Positions 58,641 through 64,000 of a stretch of DNA of 64,000 nt are shown in pieces. Source of the DNA: the human T2T-CHM13v2.0 reference genome, Homo sapiens; assembly GCF_009914755.1 (NCBI RefSeq), contig NC_060927.1, one strand, 5' to 3'. Below the pieces are notes generated by a model. The model was not told the origin of the DNA and ran no database searches. It was given only the letters and a program-made list of their open reading frames with translations. Each line of letters begins with the position of its first letter. The first letter of the stretch is position 1. The position numbers and the translations under genes are program-made.

Positions 58641-60529
58641 GTAGTATCCTGACAATGGAAACTCACACTTAGACCCATTTCTTCATCATGGATCCTCTTC
58701 TAAAAGAATGACATAAAAATGTGCTTCTTTTCCCCTTATTTTGGAGTACTTGGTGCCCTAATATTACTCAGTCACTATAAAGACCCTGTGCTTATGCTTT
58801 CAAAGCTGCTGGGCTTTCCTGGCTTGGCTTTAGAAATATATTTGACTTCCTTTATCATTTGAAAGGCCCCCTGAAGGTGGTAAGCCCTCTAATTCCAATG
58901 GGAATTTGAGGAGTTTTGAGCAAAGTATCAAGTATAGAAAACTGCTACAAGCAAAGAAAAGAAGATCTACCTAAAATAGATGGTGCCTGCAAAGTCATTT
59001 CTTAGCTAGTTCATCCTAGTGGTTCTTAGTAGAAAAGAATCAAACAATTATGGAATTGTAATAGGATGGACCCTGATTTTTCTCTTTGGGGCCTGGGGAG
59101 AATTGGCCAAGAAGATTAAGCTTCTAAAAACTTTTAAGAACAGTTTCTTATTAGTGTTTTCAGAGATGACCTCCAGACAATGGATTCAGATGTGTAGTCA
59201 CCAGCAGGCTGTAAAAGTGACTACAGTTGCCGTGCCTGCCCACTCCACCACTGTGCCAGGCACTTAGCAGGTGCTCTATAAACATCAACAAAGACTGGAT
59301 AAATTTCTACTGAACACCTACTACATTAAGCACTTTGACAGGAAATGGTGGCAAAGTCTTTTGCCTTTGAGTATTTGGGAAGGCAGAATACACCCAACTT
59401 CTGCTCAAGGGGTCAGCAGTCCCTGGGAAGTCAATAAAGAGTCTTAGAGAATATAGTTAAAGAAAATAGTAGGAGAGGAGTCCATAGTCAGAACCTAAGG
59501 CTAAAATTCAGGCTTATGGCCATGGAGAAATGTTGAGTGATCACAGGGTCTAGGGTGTAACTTCCCAGGAGGTGATAGAGAGCAAATAGAAGAGGGGCTT
59601 ATTGGAGATGAGGATGTCAGAACCTGAGAGGCAGGGATGCAGATAGATTGCCACATAAAAAGCATTGTCTCGGTTGAAGAGGCAGTCCATGAGTCAGATG
59701 CCCACATCTCTGATGGATGGGAAGGAATGACCAGAAGACTAGTACATGGCAGTGACAAGGTCAGCATGGAGTGGGAGGGTGTCATGGTTCTGTGGCACAA
59801 GTCTAAAAAGATCACAGCTTTCTAAAGCTTCTTTTGGATTGATCTGTTTGCTAGTCTTTCCACTAGACTATAATCTCCTTGAGAGCAAGGACATTTGTCA
59901 TACCCACTGTCATATCCTCCATGCCTGAAATGTGGTAGGCATTCAATACATATTGCTGTAATTTAAAAAGGACCCCTTTCTTGGTATTTGTGCATGGAAT
60001 AACCCTTCTTCATGATTCACATCCTCTTGGTCAACCCTAGCAGTGATGTTTCCCCATTCCTGTGTTTTCTTGTGTGTGTTTATCCCTGTAAGTTCCACTT
60101 TCCTCAGCCTTTGCAATTGTTTATTTATTTATTTTTTATCTGGGCTCCAAAGCAGGGGCACCTGGGAGCAGGGATACTATCACAGTTGTCTCTGTAGTCC
60201 TTGTGCTGAGCCGACTTACAGGTATTATAGTAGACACCAAGTATCTTTGGTAAAACATAAAATGAAAGATTTATTTTAATGATATCCTGCATGGTTCTCA
60301 TCTTCTGAATTTGAAAAAAAATAAACTGACTTAAGAGTTTTGCTCCAGGAGAAAGTATGGTGCACCCGTACTAGAAAAGTGCAATTAACATAATGGGTAA
60401 AAAGACATTTGATAAGTCACAACGCACTCTACAAGTGCACAACGTTCTGACTTATTGGTGTTGTCCTTATTTAGAGTGTGACCTGACCAAAGGGCATGCA
60501 TTGCTTGGCTGTTAAGAGACAGGGATCGT

Positions 60530-60647
60530 GAGGCTGAAGCAGGAGAATGGCGTGAACCCGGGAGGCGGAGCTTGCAGTGAGCCGAGATTGCGCCACAGCA
60601 CTCCAGCCTGGGCGACAGAGCGAGACTCCGTCTCAAAAAAAAAAAAA
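60530..60647 (+). mobile_element. AluY 3' fragment (5'-truncated insertion)
   Basis: Near-consensus AluY end with most CpGs retained; TSD AGACAGGGA (60517-60525 / 60647-60655). Confidence 0.93.
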
Positions 60648-61384
60648 GACAGGGAGATCTGAGGGAGCGTATAGGAGCAATAAATGCAACGAAAAGATGG
60701 TGGTGGTAGTCTTGAGCGGGCTTTGATGAGGACAAGTAGGGAAAGGGGGCAGGAATGTGAGTGAGGACTGAGCTATCCCCGCTGTTCATTGAGAGTGAAT
60801 TGAAGGATGTCCTCCAATAGCAGTTGAAAGCCAGGGCTCATCTTGAGTAAATAAGGTTTTTCAAGGGGCTACCAAGAGGTGAAAGAGCCACTGAGATAAA
60901 ATCTGACTGGTGTCAGTCTCAGTAAGTTCAACTGCTTGCCACAGAGAGGACATACTCATTCTTCCTCTGCTAGAGTAAACTCTGCTATGTAAACATCCAA
61001 CTAAGTATATCAGGCAGCCAGAAGTAAGGCCAAGAAATTGTGAAATACCCAGGGTGGAAGGGCCTCTTCACCCTGGAAGCAGTGTGATTTCACACTAAAA
61101 TGACTCCCACACAATTCCCATCCCCATTTTGGGACTGGCAGGTCCAGTTAAGACAGAGCCCAACTGGCTTTTACTGGCTACCTCCAAAATTGTGTACAAA
61201 AGCTCAGCAGAGATCATCACAAGCCCATTCTTACTCTTGAAAATATGCCACCTTCCTTCATTTAGTTAAAAAACATGCCCTAAACACCTGGTACTAACCA
61301 AACATTGGAACTATAGAGACACTTCCTTGCCCTCAAGGAGGAGATGGGGAGCTAGAGACACCAATAAATCTAACACAGTGTTAT

Positions 61385-61750
61385 GGGGCAGCATCATGCT
61401 GTGATCACACCAAATGCTGCTAGTGGGTAAATAGTGTGGGGTATTAGAATGACCACTGCACTCTAGCCTGAGTGACAGGGTAAGACTTTGAAAAAAAAAA
61501 AGTTGCGAGTGATCATCCACACCAAATGCTGGTGGTTTTGCATTTTGACTCTGGACAGAGTTAGGCCTGGGTTTCACAGCTCACTTCCACACTTTAGCTG
61601 GATGATCTCAGGTAATTCAAACACCCGCTTAAAGCCTCAGGTGTGTCCTCTATAAAGTGATGCTAATAACTGCCCTTGTAAGGATTCGGTAAAATAATGA
61701 ATATGAAAGAATTAGCCCAGTGTCTAGTAATAGTAAATGTTCACTAAATC
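61385..61750 (+). mobile_element. MIR SINE interrupted near its 5' end by a templated insertion
   Basis: GGCAGCATCATG [insert] GTGGTT...GACTCTGG...CCTGGGTTTC...GCCTCAG...TATAAAGTG. Confidence 0.65.
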
Positions 61751-62187
61751 TATCTGCTTCTCTTCCTCCCCATTTTATTACGCCTATTACTGTTCCCATC
61801 CCTCCTATAATCGCTTGGATCACTCCTGTTATCAGTGCTACTACATAGAGGCAGAAACCAAGTAGAGGAGAGAGATTGGAGGATAGGAAGAGAATTCCTA
61901 AAAGGCTTTGGGATGAGGAACTAGTAATTTCGGGTCTCAAAGCATGAATGGAGTTTCACTAGGAAGAAAGGAATGTGGAGATCACTCTGGGCAGAATAAT
62001 CAGTAGAAGCAAAGGCACCACAGTTGGGAATGGCAAAGAATGTCTGGGGACAGTGAGGAGTCTAATGTGGCTGGAGTGAAAGCACATGCCTCTGTTGATG
62101 GGGGCTCCTGGAAGCAAACTTGCTCATGAAACCATGACAATTGAGACTTCTGGAAGCCAAGGGAGGACAATGTATCAAGAAGGTGCA

Positions 62188-62505
<318 letters not shown>

Positions 62506-64000
62506 TCATCCACCCTAAATGCTGCTGCTGGGTAAATGGTGTGGGGTGTCAGAATGACCACAGAATTTAACAATGTGGGAAGGATCAACAATAACTTTGG
62601 CTTAGGTAATTTTGATGGATGTCACTTTTTAATTTAATATAGTCTGAAATAAATATGTAAATTTGTTACCTTGACAGTCATCGTCTCTTTTTCTTTTCAC
62701 CCCAGGTACACTGACATTTGAAAAATATTTATTTGATTCCATATTCATGCTTGCATTTTGGAATGCCACAGACTGGGCAAGGGCGTGACTTAGGCATGAA
62801 TGAACTGGTAGCTAGTAAACATCCCCTTTCCCTTCTGACAATTCAGAAAATCTTCCAAAACTCTAATTCATTTATTTCATTTGCTAACTCATTCATTGAT
62901 TCATCTGTCTTCTCACCTACCCATCCAACCATCCACTTGTTTTTTCATTCATCCTATCATCCAAAATGTATTTATCAGATATCTTCCCTACACAATATAA
63001 CCTCCTCAAACTCCTGCCCTGGCACACTCCACACAGGCAAACTTTATTTGAAAAAAATCAGGATCCCTAAGGTTTGATACTTTATAAAATAAATATATCC
63101 TCAAAAAGTAACCTGTGAATTGATTTTCCATAAATCGAATCACATTTCAAATGCTCCAGGAAAGCTCGCTACAGGAATCCTGTGACAGATCTTCTGACAA
63201 AGTAGAAAGTACTCACATAATGTAAAACATCATTAGTCTTAAATTTACTTATTGATAAATCTAAATATTGGGTCCTCTTCTCTCTGCTTACCCTAGGTAT
63301 GCCAGATGGCTAGCTATGTTATTAAAATCACCTTAGGAAAAACAATTTCTACAAGAAAAACATCATTCAGATGGGGCTTTGACATTTATGTCATGCATTT
63401 TTGAATGGGCCGGCAACACTGGTGTTAGCTTCTTAGAGCAAGCCAATGAAGGAAACGAATATGGCTTTCATAGTTTTATAAACCTGGAAGCCAAAGGCCA
63501 AGAGATGCAATTTAGTTCCAGTGGTGCCACCGACAGCATGAATGGACTCTTAATCACAACCTCTGGGTCCTGGCAGCAGCCAGAACCATGGTGGATGCTG
63601 CTAGACTGAACATTTGGGTATATGAAACTTAACTCCCTCTGTTTGTAAGGACGGCAGTGTGTGCTGCTAATTGTAACTCAGGAGTTCAAAGTTTAATACT
63701 GAAGAAAGAGACTAGCCAAAAGAAGGATCAATTAAAGGATTTTTGAGAAATTAAAGAGATTTCTAAAATATTTATTCTGGGCTCAGATGTCAGACCATCA
63801 CATAAATAAAATATTAATATAGTCTAAAGATAAATGTTGTATTTTGTGTATTTTAGACTTCTCATTGCTGATATGTAGTGGAATGTAATCAGAATTTCCA
63901 TATGAGAATATTTAGAGGCAAAAACTCTTTGCTGTGCTTCCATGGATACCCACAGAAAAATCATGAGAAAGACAAAGTTACATCCCTAGGAGTCTTTGGA

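Noticed and set aside
62680-62710. Strong-looking acceptor TCTCTTTTTCTTTTCACCCCAG
   Set aside because: No clear partner donor or coding signal; isolated sites are common

Overview
Primate (human-like) non-coding genomic DNA, rich in repeats; I could not recognise any host-gene coding exon or structural RNA gene. The largest elements are a full-length L1PA (L1PA5-like, ~10250-16375, +) and a 5'-truncated L1PA (~23686-26253, +) ~9.9 kb downstream. The full-length copy has an intact ORF1, a disrupted ORF2 and an open antisense ORF0. The rest is 11 Alus, one FAM, MaLR/ERV1 solo LTRs, hAT and Tigger DNA-transposon relics, old L1M, L2 and MIR fragments, microsatellites and several repeat-free blocks. 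Best observations: (1) the two L1PA copies share about ten non-consensus ORF2 changes, including probably lethal ones, yet each has its own TSD, which points to ectopic gene conversion or a copy-of-neighbour relationship. (2) Two short locally templated insertions are present; one (61398-61531) is a permuted, microhomology-joined copy of an Alu 3' end plus flank from ~1 kb away. (3) The extended ORF0 frame runs into a strong in-phase splice donor. I see no evidence of a wholly new gene system. Subfamily names and consensus comparisons are from memory, not from a database search.
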